Positions 9,806 to 20,517 are shown, numbered from the stretch's first letter. The stretch: DNA of 64,000 nucleotides from Patescibacteria group bacterium (GCA_040757555.1 JBFLWN010000006.1:5748-69747); one strand, 5' to 3'. Made by a program: numbers and translations. The notes: a model not told the origin generated them from the letters alone.

Positions 9806-10369
9806 ATGAAGGAGGAAATAACGCTCGTTCAAAGAGCACAATCGGGGGAATCTGAGGCGTTTGGGGTACTCTATGATACCTACCTTCCAAAAATATATCG
9901 TTTTATACTTTTGAAAGTCACAAAAAAAACGGATGCCGAGGATATTACCCATCAGGTGTTTTTGAGTGCCTGGCAAAACATAAAATCATATCGTTTTCAG
10001 GGAAATCCTTTTTCGAGTTGGCTTTACAAAATTGCACATAACGCTGTCATTGATTTCTACCGAACACAAAAACCAATTGTAGATATCGAGCTTGTCTCGG
10101 AAGATTCACTTGCTCACCTTCCAAATCTTGAACATGAATTAGATCGCGGAATGGAATTAATAAAAGTCCGACACGCACTTACAAAACTAAAACCGGATGA
10201 GCAAAGCATACTTATCATGAAGTTCGTTGATGAATTATCGAATAAAGAAATTGCTGAAGCACTTCACAAAACAGAAGGAGCAATACGCGTTATACAACAT
10301 AGAGCACTTAAACAAATAAAGAACATACTTAATGAGTCAACACATACACAAACAATTAGAACAGCTTAG
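9806..10369 (+). CDS. ECF RNA polymerase sigma factor
   Basis: Region 2 (DAEDITHQVFL, FSSWLYKIAHN) and region 4 HTH (SNKEIAEALHKTEGAIRVIQHRA). Confidence 0.95.
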   Translation: MKEEITLVQRAQSGESEAFGVLYDTYLPKIYRFILLKVTKKTDAEDITHQVFLSAWQNIKSYRFQGNPFSSWLYKIAHNAVIDFYRTQKPIVDIELVSEDSLAHLPNLEHELDRGMELIKVRHALTKLKPDEQSILIMKFVDELSNKEIAEALHKTEGAIRVIQHRALKQIKNILNESTHTQTIRTA

Positions 10370-10799
10370 ACAAATTTCCCCCGACCCGCGTTTTGCGGCA
10401 CGGGCCCGTTTGTCTGTTTTGTCACAAAAACAAAATATCTCACATATAGAGATGTTTGTTTCTTTTGTACAAAAACCGATGGTGGTTGGATCATTTGCCT
10501 TTGCCCTCGCACTTTTTGTTCTTATTTCGGTCCTCTCCCCTACGGTCTCTGTTTCCTCATTAAAAGATACCAATACACTAAACCAGGAGATAAGCGATCT
10601 CTCGATTAATATTCATCTTAAGGAGTTGTCTTATCAACAAAATGCGGATTCCATGATTATGGCAGCAATCACAGAGATAAAAGATACTAAAGTAAGTCAT
10701 TTGAACCAAAAAACATTAAACTCGGAGTCACAGAATTTAAATATCGAAAATAACAACACCGAAGACATTAATAAACTTTTAGATACAGTAATTTTTTAA
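10332..10799 (+). CDS. Putative anti-sigma factor (single TM)
   Basis: Overlaps the ECF sigma 3' end; short cytoplasmic part, TM, then external domain. Confidence 0.55.
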   Translation: MSQHIHKQLEQLRQISPDPRFAARARLSVLSQKQNISHIEMFVSFVQKPMVVGSFAFALALFVLISVLSPTVSVSSLKDTNTLNQEISDLSINIHLKELSYQQNADSMIMAAITEIKDTKVSHLNQKTLNSESQNLNIENNNTEDINKLLDTVIF

Positions 10800-10803
10800 T
10801 ACC

Positions 10804-11670
10804 ATGCGTGCCATTTCATCTTTTATAATTTTTTCATTCTTATTCGGAGTATGTGTATATGCGCCGGTAAATGCGCAATCCGACACAACAAAAAAGGCGC
10901 TTGAAAGCGTAAAAGAAAGCGTCACCACACTTATCAATGCAAAAGATGAGGAAAATCCAAACGACATTGCATTCCGTATCGAAACATTCAAAAAAGTTAT
11001 TGATTTTTCAATCGCTGAAGCAAAAGATTTAAAAATAAAACTTTTTGGTATTGATACAAAAAAAGTAGGAACATCGACGGTTGCGTGGAAAAACGGAGTG
11101 ATGAAAGATATCGATGAGGCCCTGGAATATTACGACTCAGAAAAGAATTTCATAAAAGAAGGAGAAGCCTCCCTAACTCTTATTGAGGTGAAAACAAGAG
11201 CTGAATCGTTCAAAGAGTGGCGAGAGAGTAAATATGCCCCCACCGCAGATGAAATCAATACCTATTTTCTTATCGAGCAACAAAAACAAGCACTTGAAAC
11301 AACAAAAAAGAGAACTGAAAAAATCCACCTCGACATTGAAAAATTGAAAAAAGCGAAAATAAAGACAAGTGGTTTAGAAAAATTATTTTCAAAAGTAGAT
11401 CCTATGATAAAGGATGCGGAGGAATTGAATAACAGGGCGGATCTCCTCTTTTATAAAACAAAAATTTTGCCACAACCCCCCAAAGAGGAAGTAATAAATG
11501 AAACAACTACAAATGAAATAATAAACACTACAACCTCAACGGTAGTCAGTGAGATTGAAAAAAATCCCGAATTATCAATAAAAGACTTAGTAAAAGAATC
11601 TTTTGCTAAAGTGAAAAACATATACCAGATATTCATTGATATGAGCGGCTTGGTGAGGAAGCTACTCTAA
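10804..11670 (+). CDS. Hypothetical exported coiled-coil protein
   Basis: Signal peptide ending VNA-Q, helical body, Thr-rich linker. Confidence 0.75.
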   Translation: MRAISSFIIFSFLFGVCVYAPVNAQSDTTKKALESVKESVTTLINAKDEENPNDIAFRIETFKKVIDFSIAEAKDLKIKLFGIDTKKVGTSTVAWKNGVMKDIDEALEYYDSEKNFIKEGEASLTLIEVKTRAESFKEWRESKYAPTADEINTYFLIEQQKQALETTKKRTEKIHLDIEKLKKAKIKTSGLEKLFSKVDPMIKDAEELNNRADLLFYKTKILPQPPKEEVINETTTNEIINTTTSTVVSEIEKNPELSIKDLVKESFAKVKNIYQIFIDMSGLVRKLL

Positions 11671-11672
11671 AT

Positions 11673-11706
11673 AAAAAATCCCCCGACATATATCGGGGGA
11701 TTTTTT
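11673..11706. terminator. Bidirectional terminator; palindrome family copy 2
   Basis: AAAAAATCCCCCGACATATATCGGGGGATTTTTT between convergent genes. Confidence 0.8.
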
Positions 11707-11726
11707 ATTACTCAATTTTTCTACTA

Positions 11727-12002
11727 CTATAATACCGCTTCTTTTAAAACCTTTCCCGCTCGAAATTTCGGCTTTGTAGAAGCCTTGATCTGAATCTTTT
11801 CTCCAGTTTTTGGATTTACTCCCATGCGAGCTGCTCTTTTTGCAACTCTGAAAGTTCCAAACCCAGTGATCCCCACCTCTTCTCCGCGACTTAGTGTTTT
11901 TACAATAGTATCAAACATCGTATCTACCACAAGTTGCGCTTGTTTTTTTGTTTCGATTCCTGCGGCTTTCATAACCGCATCAACAAGTCCGTCTTTTTTC
12001 AT
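11727..12002 (-). CDS. hup: DNA-binding protein HU
   Basis: GFGTF, RAARMGVNPKTGEKIQI, PKFRAGK. Confidence 0.97.
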   Translation of the reverse strand: MKKDGLVDAVMKAAGIETKKQAQLVVDTMFDTIVKTLSRGEEVGITGFGTFRVAKRAARMGVNPKTGEKIQIKASTKPKFRAGKVLKEAVL

Positions 12003-12148
12003 AAATTTATATTTAGGTACCTGATATAAAGGCGTGTTTTGTGTAAAATCGACCTTTTAAACTGTGTGTATAGTATACCAAATTTACCAGGTTTCTCCTA
12101 TGTTTTTTACCCACACTCTATACACAGCAAACTTTTCTATTTTTACCC

Positions 12149-13669
12149 CTATTTTGCGTATTCCACTGCTTTTACCTCGCGGATTACCACCACTTTTACC
12201 TCCCCAGGGTACTGTACTTCCGATTGAATTTTTGCTGCCACTTGTTTTGCGAGTTGTAACGCTCCGAAATCGTCAATTTTTTCCGGAGTCACAAACACCC
12301 GCACCTCTCTTCCCGCCGATACCGCATATGCTTGGTTAATTCCTTCAAAACTTTTTACCACGCGTTCAATATCCTCAAGTCTCTTTAGATACTTTTCCAG
12401 CGTATCGCGTCGCGCACCAGGACGGGCAGCTGAAATAATATCAGCGGTCGCCACCAAGTGTGCTTCTGGAGATGAATATGGATACTCATCGTGATGGGAT
12501 TCCATCGCTTTAATCACGTCTTCATGAATTCCATATTTTTTGAGAAGTTTCCTTCCAATATCAACATGACTTCCCTCTACCTCATGATCGATCGCCTTCC
12601 CAATATCATGAAGAAGTGCCGCTTTCTTTGTGATATCAACCTTAAGATGAAGTTCAGAGGCCATCATCCCTGCGATATGCGTCATTTCAATTGAATGATT
12701 TAACACATTTTGCCCATAACTTGTTCGATAATTCAGCCGTCCAAGTAAATAAACAATCTCCTTTGGAAGATCAAGGATACCAACCTCAAACGCGGCTTCC
12801 TCTCCAACCTTCTTTATATGATCCTCGAGTTCGAGTCGTGCTTCTTCAACCTTTTCTTCAATTTTTGCGGGTTGTATTCTCCCATCTTTAATTAATTTTT
12901 CAAGCGCTATTTTCGCAAGCTCTCTCCGTAAGGGATCAAATGACGAAATAAGTATACTTTCTGGAGTTTCATCAACAATAAGCTCAACTCCCGTGAGGCG
13001 CTCAAACGTACGAATATTTCTCCCCTCACGACCAATTACCTTTCCCTTGATATCTTCGTTGGGAAGGTTTACAACACTCGTGGTCACATCTCCGATACAA
13101 TTTCGCGCGTATCGTTGAATTACCGAGGTAATGATTTCAGTGCTTTTTGCTTCAATTTCATTTTTCTTTTCACGCTCGAGAGTAACAATTTTTTCGGCAA
13201 GTTCTTTATGTGAATCGCGTTCAATGTCTTTCATAATTTGATTTCGGGCATCTTCTTTCGACATCTCTGCGACTCGCTCAAGTTCTTCCACTGCTTTTTC
13301 GCGACTCAATTTTATTTCGTTTTCAATATTTTTTAATCGCTCAAGCTCTTCCCTCTTTTTTGCGGTAAGGCTTTCCGACTCAGCGTGCTGGCGCTCAAGG
13401 AGCGCCTCTTTCTTTAAGAGATGATCTTCAAGTTTTCGAAGATCTTGTTTTCGCTCACGTTCCTCTTTTTGTGCGTCTGCAATAATAGCCGCTGCTTTTT
13501 CGTTTGCGGCTAAAACGGTCTTTTTGGCTTCTGATTCTGCAGTTTCAAGATGCTCTTGTGCTTTAGACTCTAATGAACCTCTCTTGCGGAGAGCTATCCA
13601 AATGCGTGCAAAGTAACCAAGAACAATTCCTAAAACAAAACCAGCCGCCAACAGGATGTTGGGGTTCAT
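12149..13669 (-). CDS. rny: Ribonuclease Y
   Basis: N-terminal TM, coiled coil, KH domain (KGKVIGREGRNIR), HD domain (LLHDIGK), SAARPGAR. Confidence 0.97.
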   Translation of the reverse strand: MNPNILLAAGFVLGIVLGYFARIWIALRKRGSLESKAQEHLETAESEAKKTVLAANEKAAAIIADAQKEERERKQDLRKLEDHLLKKEALLERQHAESESLTAKKREELERLKNIENEIKLSREKAVEELERVAEMSKEDARNQIMKDIERDSHKELAEKIVTLEREKKNEIEAKSTEIITSVIQRYARNCIGDVTTSVVNLPNEDIKGKVIGREGRNIRTFERLTGVELIVDETPESILISSFDPLRRELAKIALEKLIKDGRIQPAKIEEKVEEARLELEDHIKKVGEEAAFEVGILDLPKEIVYLLGRLNYRTSYGQNVLNHSIEMTHIAGMMASELHLKVDITKKAALLHDIGKAIDHEVEGSHVDIGRKLLKKYGIHEDVIKAMESHHDEYPYSSPEAHLVATADIISAARPGARRDTLEKYLKRLEDIERVVKSFEGINQAYAVSAGREVRVFVTPEKIDDFGALQLAKQVAAKIQSEVQYPGEVKVVVIREVKAVEYAK

Positions 13670-13771
13670 AATATGAAGTAATTGAAAGTTTTATATACAT
13701 CGACGTTTTCTCTTTCACTATTCATTTTATATCTCCTTCATCATTTATGTCAAAAGACGTACAATAGATAT

Positions 13772-15322
13772 ATGAAGCGTACCTACACACTTGTGATACT
13801 CGACGGATGGGGATTTGGAAAAGTGGATGACTCAAATCCCATACACCAGGCCCAATTAAAAACATTCAAATTCATTGAAGATAATTTTCCGTATGGTGCA
13901 CTCCAGGCATCCGGTATTTCAATCGGAATGCCGTGGGACGAAGAAGGAAATAGTGAAATCGGACACCTTACCATTGGAGCGGGACGGGTATTTTATCAAC
14001 ACTATCCAAAAATTACACTTGCAATTGAAAACGGATCTTTCTTTGAAAACAAAACATTAAAAAATTCTTTTGCTCACACAAAAAAGAATAATAGTGCCCT
14101 TCATCTTATTGGTCTCGTCGGAGAAGGGGTTGTTCATTCGGCATTTACCCACCTTGTTGCACTTCTTGATATGGCAAAAAGAGAGGGGTGTGCGCAGGTA
14201 TATATACACGTAATGAGTGACGGAAGAGATGGTGCTCCCCAACTCATTGTTTCGTATATAGAAAAACTGAGAGAGGAAATAAAAAAATATGGCGTGGGAA
14301 CCATCGCTACGCTTATCGGGAGATATTATGGTATGGATAGAGACAGGCACTGGGATCGAACAAAAAAAGCATATGATATGTTGGTATATCCAGAACATAC
14401 TCGAATTACTGATATAAAAACTGCGACGGAAGAAATATATGCAAAAAAACTTAACGATGAATATATCGAGCCAACCATCATAAATGAGATTCACCCCATA
14501 GAAGACGGCGACTCGGTGCTTTTTTTCAATTTTAGGGAAGACCGCATGAGACAAATTGTTGAGCCATTTGTAAATCCGGAATTTTCAACATTCCAAACAA
14601 AAAAATTCCAAAATCTTCTTCTTACCACAATGACGGAATATCGAAATGATTTTTCTATTCCTGTGGTATTTGAAAGGGAGGAAATTATAGATCCGCTCGG
14701 AAAAGTTATTTCCGATTCGGAACGAGTGCAATTGCGTATCGCGGAAACAGAAAAATATGCCCACATCACTTACTTTTTTAATGGGCTCCAGGAAAAACCA
14801 TATTCAAATGAATATCGTGTGCTCATCCCCTCAAAAAATGTAGCGCATCACGAAGAACATCCCGAAATGATGGCAAGCGCAATCACCGATCGGGTGATTA
14901 TTGCACTTAATGAAGGGGGGTTTGATTTTATACTCGTAAATTATGCAAATCCGGATATTATTGCACACACAGGAGATTTTGAGGCTACAGTAAAAGCTGT
15001 TCGTGTTATTGATGCAGAAATAGAACGACTCATGAATGCCACACTCGCCCAAAATCACGTTCTTATTATTACTTCGGATCATGGAAACGCAGAGACACTT
15101 ATCAGCACACAAACAGGACAACCCGAGACAAAACACGATGCAAATCCGGTCCCCTTCTATCTCATAGGAAGAGAATTCCAAAAACAAAACACATCTCCAA
15201 AGCCGTCTCGACCACCAGTGATAGGTCTTCTTTCTGATGTTGCCCCCACCATTCTCGCACTTATGGGAATAAAAAAACCAAAAGAAATGACAGGACAAAG
15301 TCTCCTCGAACAATTAATATAA
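13772..15322 (+). CDS. gpmI: 2,3-bisphosphoglycerate-independent phosphoglycerate mutase
   Basis: LVILDGWG, GNSEIGH, GRYYGMDRD, AETEKYAH, SDHGNAE; ATG at 13772. Confidence 0.97.
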   Translation: MKRTYTLVILDGWGFGKVDDSNPIHQAQLKTFKFIEDNFPYGALQASGISIGMPWDEEGNSEIGHLTIGAGRVFYQHYPKITLAIENGSFFENKTLKNSFAHTKKNNSALHLIGLVGEGVVHSAFTHLVALLDMAKREGCAQVYIHVMSDGRDGAPQLIVSYIEKLREEIKKYGVGTIATLIGRYYGMDRDRHWDRTKKAYDMLVYPEHTRITDIKTATEEIYAKKLNDEYIEPTIINEIHPIEDGDSVLFFNFREDRMRQIVEPFVNPEFSTFQTKKFQNLLLTTMTEYRNDFSIPVVFEREEIIDPLGKVISDSERVQLRIAETEKYAHITYFFNGLQEKPYSNEYRVLIPSKNVAHHEEHPEMMASAITDRVIIALNEGGFDFILVNYANPDIIAHTGDFEATVKAVRVIDAEIERLMNATLAQNHVLIITSDHGNAETLISTQTGQPETKHDANPVPFYLIGREFQKQNTSPKPSRPPVIGLLSDVAPTILALMGIKKPKEMTGQSLLEQLI

Positions 15323-15340
15323 AATATATATAATAAATAT

Positions 15341-15709
15341 ATGAAACTTGTTTGGAAACTTATCTTCTCGATATTCTCGAACTCAATTGCGCTCTATGCG
15401 GCGGCATATTTTATTACCGGATTCAATTTTTCTGGAGGGTTTGTGGAACTTATTATCGCCGGAGCCATTCTTTCTGTTATTAACACATTTATTCGTCCGG
15501 TGTTAAAACTTATTCTCGGTCCACTTATTGTGCTCACTCTCGGGTTGTTCATTATTGTAGTGAATGCGGGAACATTGTTTATTCTTGACATATTTAGTCA
15601 GCCACTTACAATACAGGGGTATATTCCACTCCTCTACGCATCTTTGCTTGTTGGATTTGTGAATTTTATCATTTCAACAAGCGGAAAATTTCTATATAAA
15701 GAGGAATGA
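15341..15709 (+). CDS. 4-TM phage holin family (YvlD/DUF360-like) membrane protein
   Basis: NTFIRPVLKLILGPLIVLTLGLFIIVVNA signature. Confidence 0.85.
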   Translation: MKLVWKLIFSIFSNSIALYAAAYFITGFNFSGGFVELIIAGAILSVINTFIRPVLKLILGPLIVLTLGLFIIVVNAGTLFILDIFSQPLTIQGYIPLLYASLLVGFVNFIISTSGKFLYKEE

Positions 15710-15933
15710 ATAAAATCATGTTAAACATTGCCGAAGTAATAATTTCAATCATTCTCATTGTGCTCATTCTTCTCCAAGAACGATCAAGTGGGCTCTCCGG
15801 GGCGCTTGGCGGAGGTGGAGCGGGTGCATCATATCAAACGCGCCGAGGATTAGAAAAAGGAATTTTTTGGGCAACCGTAGTGTGTGGCATTATTTTTGTG
15901 GCCCTCGCGGTTCTTAAACTTGTTATAATTTAG
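15706..15933 (+). CDS. secG: Preprotein translocase subunit SecG
   Basis: ILLQERSSGLSGALGG...TRRGLEK, two TM. Confidence 0.92.
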   Translation: MNKIMLNIAEVIISIILIVLILLQERSSGLSGALGGGGAGASYQTRRGLEKGIFWATVVCGIIFVALAVLKLVII

Positions 15934-15998
15934 TGGAGGAGATTCTTTTAGCGTCTTATCTTTCCCGCCTATCAAATTCTGATTCTTAAGTTATCCCA

Positions 15999-17603
15999 AT
16001 GACTTTTTTAAAAAACGTATTTGCATCACTTACAAAAAATGAGTTTAAGACACTCATGTGTTTTGCTGTTATTTTTCTTATCGCGGGCATTGCACTTACT
16101 GCGATTACCATAAGCGAAAACAGCACCCTCGTCCCCGTCCAAGGAGGAATGTATAGGGAAGGGATTGTTGGACAACCAATTGCGGTAAATCCTGTTATTT
16201 CAGGAAATCCGACAGATCAAGACATAAGCGCACTTATTTACCCAAAAATTTCTGACATCATTGATACATACACCTCGGAGGATAATGGACGCGTGTTCAT
16301 TCTGAATCTAAAAGAAGGACTCGTGTGGGACGACACAAAACCCCTATCGAGTGATGATATAGTCTTCACCATCCAAACCGCGCAAGAACTTGGAAATCAA
16401 TCTCCCATTTCAAATACAGTGAAAGGAGTAGTGGCTGAACGCATGAGCGAGTTGCAGGTCCGACTCGCGCTCCCGGTTCCTTATTCTTTTTTTGATGAGA
16501 CACTAAAAAAAATTCTCATTATTCCGAAGCATGTTTTTGGAAGCATTCCTGCACAAAACATCAAACTCTCCTCATATAATCTCGAGCCAGTGGGAAGTGG
16601 GCCATATCGTTTTAAAACATTTTCACAAAGAAAAGACGGATTCATTACCGAATATCAACTGATAAAAAATGAGACGTATTATGGAACACAACCATTTATC
16701 CAAAAATTTGTCTTCCGATTTTATGAGAATGAAGAAAATTTACTCAAAGCATTTCGTTTGAGAGAAATTGATGGGTTTGGAAGTGTCGGAGTTATAGAAA
16801 CAAAAACGATGACTTCCCAGCAAACAAAAATAACAAGTATTCCGATGTCCCGTTACTATGCCCTCTTTTTTAACCTTGGTACTAATGAGATGTTAAAAAA
16901 TGACTCAGTGCGAAAAGCGCTTTCGTTGTCGATAGACAAAAATCAAATACTCTCCGCAGTATTCCCCGATAGTTCCGCGGAAATAATACGTGGTCCCCTT
17001 TTGAAGCGCGAATCGTCATCACAAAATATCGAAGATGCGGAAGCAATTCTCAAAAAAGCAAAAATAAGTGCAATAAATTTATCTCTCACTGTTCCCAAAA
17101 TAGATTTTCTTGAAAAAACAGCGGAAGAAATAAAAAAACAATGGATGAATTTGGAAGAAGTGGAAAATATTACCATACGCACTGTAGAACCAAAAGATAT
17201 TGTCGAGAAAGTGGTAAAAACAAATGAATACGAAATACTCCTTTTTGGAAATATTCTTGAAAATAAAAAAGATCTCTTTCCGTTTTGGCATTCATCTGAA
17301 CGAATGTATCCAGGATTAAATCTTTCGTTCTATAAAAACACAAAACTCGACCTTCTTATCGAAACTATCCGACAAACAAAAGATGCCACAAAACAACAAG
17401 TATTATTGAAAACCGCAGAAGATGAAATATTGGGCGACGATCCTGCTGTATTCCTTTATACAATCCCCTATACCTATATCCACACCTCAGAACTCGGAGG
17501 GGTGGTGTATGAAGAAAATCCAGATCTTTCTCTCTCAAATCCACGTGATCGTTTTCTTAATGTTGAAAAATGGTATGTAACGAAGGCTCGTGTATTAGAA
17601 TAA
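15999..17603 (+). CDS. Family 5 peptide ABC substrate-binding protein
   Basis: WDDTKPLSSDDIVFT, PVGSGPYRF, VRKALSLSIDK; N-terminal TM anchor. Confidence 0.9.
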   Translation: MTFLKNVFASLTKNEFKTLMCFAVIFLIAGIALTAITISENSTLVPVQGGMYREGIVGQPIAVNPVISGNPTDQDISALIYPKISDIIDTYTSEDNGRVFILNLKEGLVWDDTKPLSSDDIVFTIQTAQELGNQSPISNTVKGVVAERMSELQVRLALPVPYSFFDETLKKILIIPKHVFGSIPAQNIKLSSYNLEPVGSGPYRFKTFSQRKDGFITEYQLIKNETYYGTQPFIQKFVFRFYENEENLLKAFRLREIDGFGSVGVIETKTMTSQQTKITSIPMSRYYALFFNLGTNEMLKNDSVRKALSLSIDKNQILSAVFPDSSAEIIRGPLLKRESSSQNIEDAEAILKKAKISAINLSLTVPKIDFLEKTAEEIKKQWMNLEEVENITIRTVEPKDIVEKVVKTNEYEILLFGNILENKKDLFPFWHSSERMYPGLNLSFYKNTKLDLLIETIRQTKDATKQQVLLKTAEDEILGDDPAVFLYTIPYTYIHTSELGGVVYEENPDLSLSNPRDRFLNVEKWYVTKARVLE

Positions 17604-17608
17604 AAACT

Positions 17609-18520
17609 ATGACGTGTCACATTGCAAACGAAGGAAAAATAAAAGGGAAGAAATTTGATGCGGTGGTGGTTGTCGGGATGGGAGGATCTGGTCTCACTGG
17701 AGACATACTGAAGTTTATAAAAGACGATATTGGATTGTCCGTTCCTGTGTTTGTTTCAAAAGACTATACACTTCCAAAAACCGAAGCAAAAAAGCCATTA
17801 TTCATTTTTTCTTCGTTTTCGGGAAATACACACGAAACAATAACCGCACTTCGTGAGGCATTAAAGCAAAAAAAGGATGTTGCGGTAGTAACGTCCGGAG
17901 GGGTCGAAAAAATTATTGCGGAAAAACACAGCCTCCCACTCGGCGTGTTTGAAACACAAAACTTGACACCACGCGAAGGTCTCATATATAATCTAAGTAC
18001 TATCATCACTCTCCTTTCTTTCTGTTTCCCCATTAGAGAAATCGATATGTCCCCGAAAAGAATCGGGTCGACGAAATATAGTAATGATATCGTAAAAAAA
18101 ATTGGAACACGCATTCCACTTATTTACACCGATAATTCCACTTCTTCGCTTGGACTTCTGTGGAAAATATTTTTTAACGAAAGTGCAAAAATTCCAGCAT
18201 TTTCAAATACGATCCCTGAGGTTGCACACAACGAAATTGAAGGAATAACCCACACAACAAAACTCTTCATTCCCCTATTTTTGACTTCAAAGAAAACAAC
18301 AAAAGAAAATAAAACAAAAATACAGGCACTTGTTGGATTTTTTAAAAAGAAAAACATATCCCCAATACTTGTGAAACTCGATGGGACAAAAAATAAAGAT
18401 ATATTTATAAACGCATTTGCGCACATTACACTTCTTACAAATGAAATTGCGAAGAGCAAAAAAATCTCTCCGCAACACACTCCATCTATTGATCTCTTCA
18501 AAAAGGAGTTTGAAAAATAG
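17609..18520 (+). CDS. Bifunctional phosphoglucose/phosphomannose isomerase (SIS domain)
   Basis: GMGGSG, SSFSGNTHET, FNESAK, PEVAHNEIEG. Confidence 0.88.
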   Translation: MTCHIANEGKIKGKKFDAVVVVGMGGSGLTGDILKFIKDDIGLSVPVFVSKDYTLPKTEAKKPLFIFSSFSGNTHETITALREALKQKKDVAVVTSGGVEKIIAEKHSLPLGVFETQNLTPREGLIYNLSTIITLLSFCFPIREIDMSPKRIGSTKYSNDIVKKIGTRIPLIYTDNSTSSLGLLWKIFFNESAKIPAFSNTIPEVAHNEIEGITHTTKLFIPLFLTSKKTTKENKTKIQALVGFFKKKNISPILVKLDGTKNKDIFINAFAHITLLTNEIAKSKKISPQHTPSIDLFKKEFEK

Positions 18521-18554
18521 TGATACGTAGTTTTCGAAACAACACAACAACAGC

Positions 18555-18637
18555 GCCGGGATGGTGGAATTGGTAGACACGCTAGCTTCAGGAGCTAGTA
18601 CCGAAAGGTAATGAGGGTTCGAGTCCCTCTCCCGGCA
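18555..18637 (+). tRNA. tRNA-Leu(CAG)
   Basis: GCCGGGA/TCCCGGC acceptor, CTAGC-TTCAGGA-GCTAG anticodon arm, long variable arm TACC-GAAA-GGTA. Confidence 0.95.
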
Positions 18638-18689
18638 CAAAGGTAAATAATTTATATAGAGGCGTATTTATCTAAAAACATATTTATAT

Positions 18690-20426
18690 ATGATAAAAAA
18701 CACAAAAAAAGTGGTGCGGAGAGCTCCCATGAAAGATCATGGGGACCACTCATCGAAAGACTCTCTTCGCTTCATTCCACTTGGTGGACTTGAAGAAATC
18801 GGTCGAAACATGATGTTACTCGAATACAAGGACGAGATTCTTGTTATCGATGCGGGATTACAATTTCCTGAGGAAGAAACTCCGGGAATTGATTACATCA
18901 TCCCAAACACTGCGTATCTTGAAGAGCGCAAACAAAACATAAAAGGTCTTGTGATCACTCATGGACACTATGATCACATCGGTGCCATTCCTCATGTGAT
19001 GGAAAAGTTGGGAAATCCAATGATTTATACCACGCGTCTTTCAAAAGAAATTATAATGAAGCGACAGGAGGAATTTAAAAATTCTCCGAAACCGATGTTC
19101 GACATCGTGACAGGAGGAGAAACAAAACAAATATCGAAGAATTTTGCGATCACGTTTTTCAATGTGGTACACAATATTCCCGATGGTATCGGAATGATTA
19201 TTCGTACTCCAGTGGGAAATATTGTCCACCCAGGAGAATTTAAATTTGACTATAACGCAAACGGAAAACCAATAGGACTTGATACGTGGGAAATGGTCGG
19301 CAAGGAAGGTATTCACACCCTCATGCTTGATTCAACCGGAGCAGAAACCCCTGGGTTTTCTCTCTCGGAACGCGTAGTGGAACAAGAACTTGAAAAAATA
19401 TTCAAAGGAGCTCACGGACGCATCCTTATCGGAACATTCGCTTCCCTTCTTGATCGTCTCACCGAAATCGTAAAAATTGCGGATAGACTCGGACGACACG
19501 TAGCAATCAGTGGGCGCTCAATGAAAACAAATTTTGAAATCGCCCAACGGCTCGGATATGCAAAAGTACGAAGTGGAACAATTATTCCGCTCGAAGATAT
19601 AAAAAATTATCGAGATGATAAATTACTCATTCTTTGCACGGGAGCACAAGGAGAACCGAACGGAAGTTTTATGCGCATTGCGAACGGAGAGCATAAGCAG
19701 ATAAAAATCAAAAAGGACGACACAGTAGTACTTTCCTCCTCTGTGGTCCCCGGAAACGAACGGAGTGTACAAACACTGAAAGACAATCTATCTCGTCAGG
19801 GTGCGCTTATTTACCACTATAAAATGCTCGATATCCACTCATCGGGACACGCGCCACAGGAAGAATTGAAGGCGGTGATGCGCCTTGTGAAACCGAAGTT
19901 TTTCCTTCCTATCCATGGGTATTACTTCATGCGATGGCGAAACGCAAAACTCGCACAAGAGGAATTAAAGATGAAACCGGAAAATACAATTCTTGCGGAT
20001 AACGGCGTAGTCATAGAGATGCTTCGCGACAGCGTGCGCGTGACGAGCGAACAAGTTCCCGCATATTACGTTATGGTGGACGGACTCGGAGTTGGTGATG
20101 TAGGAGAAGTAGTGCTTCGCGATCGAAGAACGCTCGCACAAGAAGGGATGGTAGTGATTATCACCACGCTTAGTAAAGACAATGGAAGAGTGTTAAAAAA
20201 TCCTGACATTATTTCCCGCGGATTTATTTATCTCAAAGAAAATCAGGAACTCTTGGAAGATATCCGAAGAAAAATTCGTGGCATTATCGGACGCATTCCA
20301 GAACAAAAAAATCAGGGACTTGATGCGGATTATGTAAAAACATTAATTCGCGATCAAATCGGCCAATTCCTGTATACAAAAACACAGCGAAGACCAATGA
20401 TTTTGCCGGTAATTATCGAGATATAG
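18690..20426 (+). CDS. rnj: Ribonuclease J
   Basis: PLGGLEEIGRNM, THGHYDHIGA, GAQGEP, HSSGHA, RRPMILPVI. Confidence 0.97.
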   Translation: MIKNTKKVVRRAPMKDHGDHSSKDSLRFIPLGGLEEIGRNMMLLEYKDEILVIDAGLQFPEEETPGIDYIIPNTAYLEERKQNIKGLVITHGHYDHIGAIPHVMEKLGNPMIYTTRLSKEIIMKRQEEFKNSPKPMFDIVTGGETKQISKNFAITFFNVVHNIPDGIGMIIRTPVGNIVHPGEFKFDYNANGKPIGLDTWEMVGKEGIHTLMLDSTGAETPGFSLSERVVEQELEKIFKGAHGRILIGTFASLLDRLTEIVKIADRLGRHVAISGRSMKTNFEIAQRLGYAKVRSGTIIPLEDIKNYRDDKLLILCTGAQGEPNGSFMRIANGEHKQIKIKKDDTVVLSSSVVPGNERSVQTLKDNLSRQGALIYHYKMLDIHSSGHAPQEELKAVMRLVKPKFFLPIHGYYFMRWRNAKLAQEELKMKPENTILADNGVVIEMLRDSVRVTSEQVPAYYVMVDGLGVGDVGEVVLRDRRTLAQEGMVVIITTLSKDNGRVLKNPDIISRGFIYLKENQELLEDIRRKIRGIIGRIPEQKNQGLDADYVKTLIRDQIGQFLYTKTQRRPMILPVIIEI

Positions 20427-20455
20427 GAAATAGGGTTTAGGGTATAGTGATTAGA

Positions 20456-20481
20456 AAAACCTGCTTAAATAGCGGGTTTTT
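20456..20481 (+). terminator. Intrinsic terminator after rnj
   Basis: AAAACCTGCT-TAAAT-AGCGGGTTTT. Confidence 0.65.
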
Positions 20482-20487
20482 GATATG

Positions 20488-20517
20488 TTGACAGAATAGT
20501 GTACGGTGTGCTATAAT
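20488..20517 (+). promoter_or_regulatory. Sigma70 promoter
   Basis: TTGACA-N18-TATAAT with extended -10 TG. Confidence 0.75.

Noticed and set aside
15341-15709. Holin as evidence of a prophage
   Set aside because: This 4-TM family is commonly chromosomal; here it sits between gpmI and secG with no lysin.
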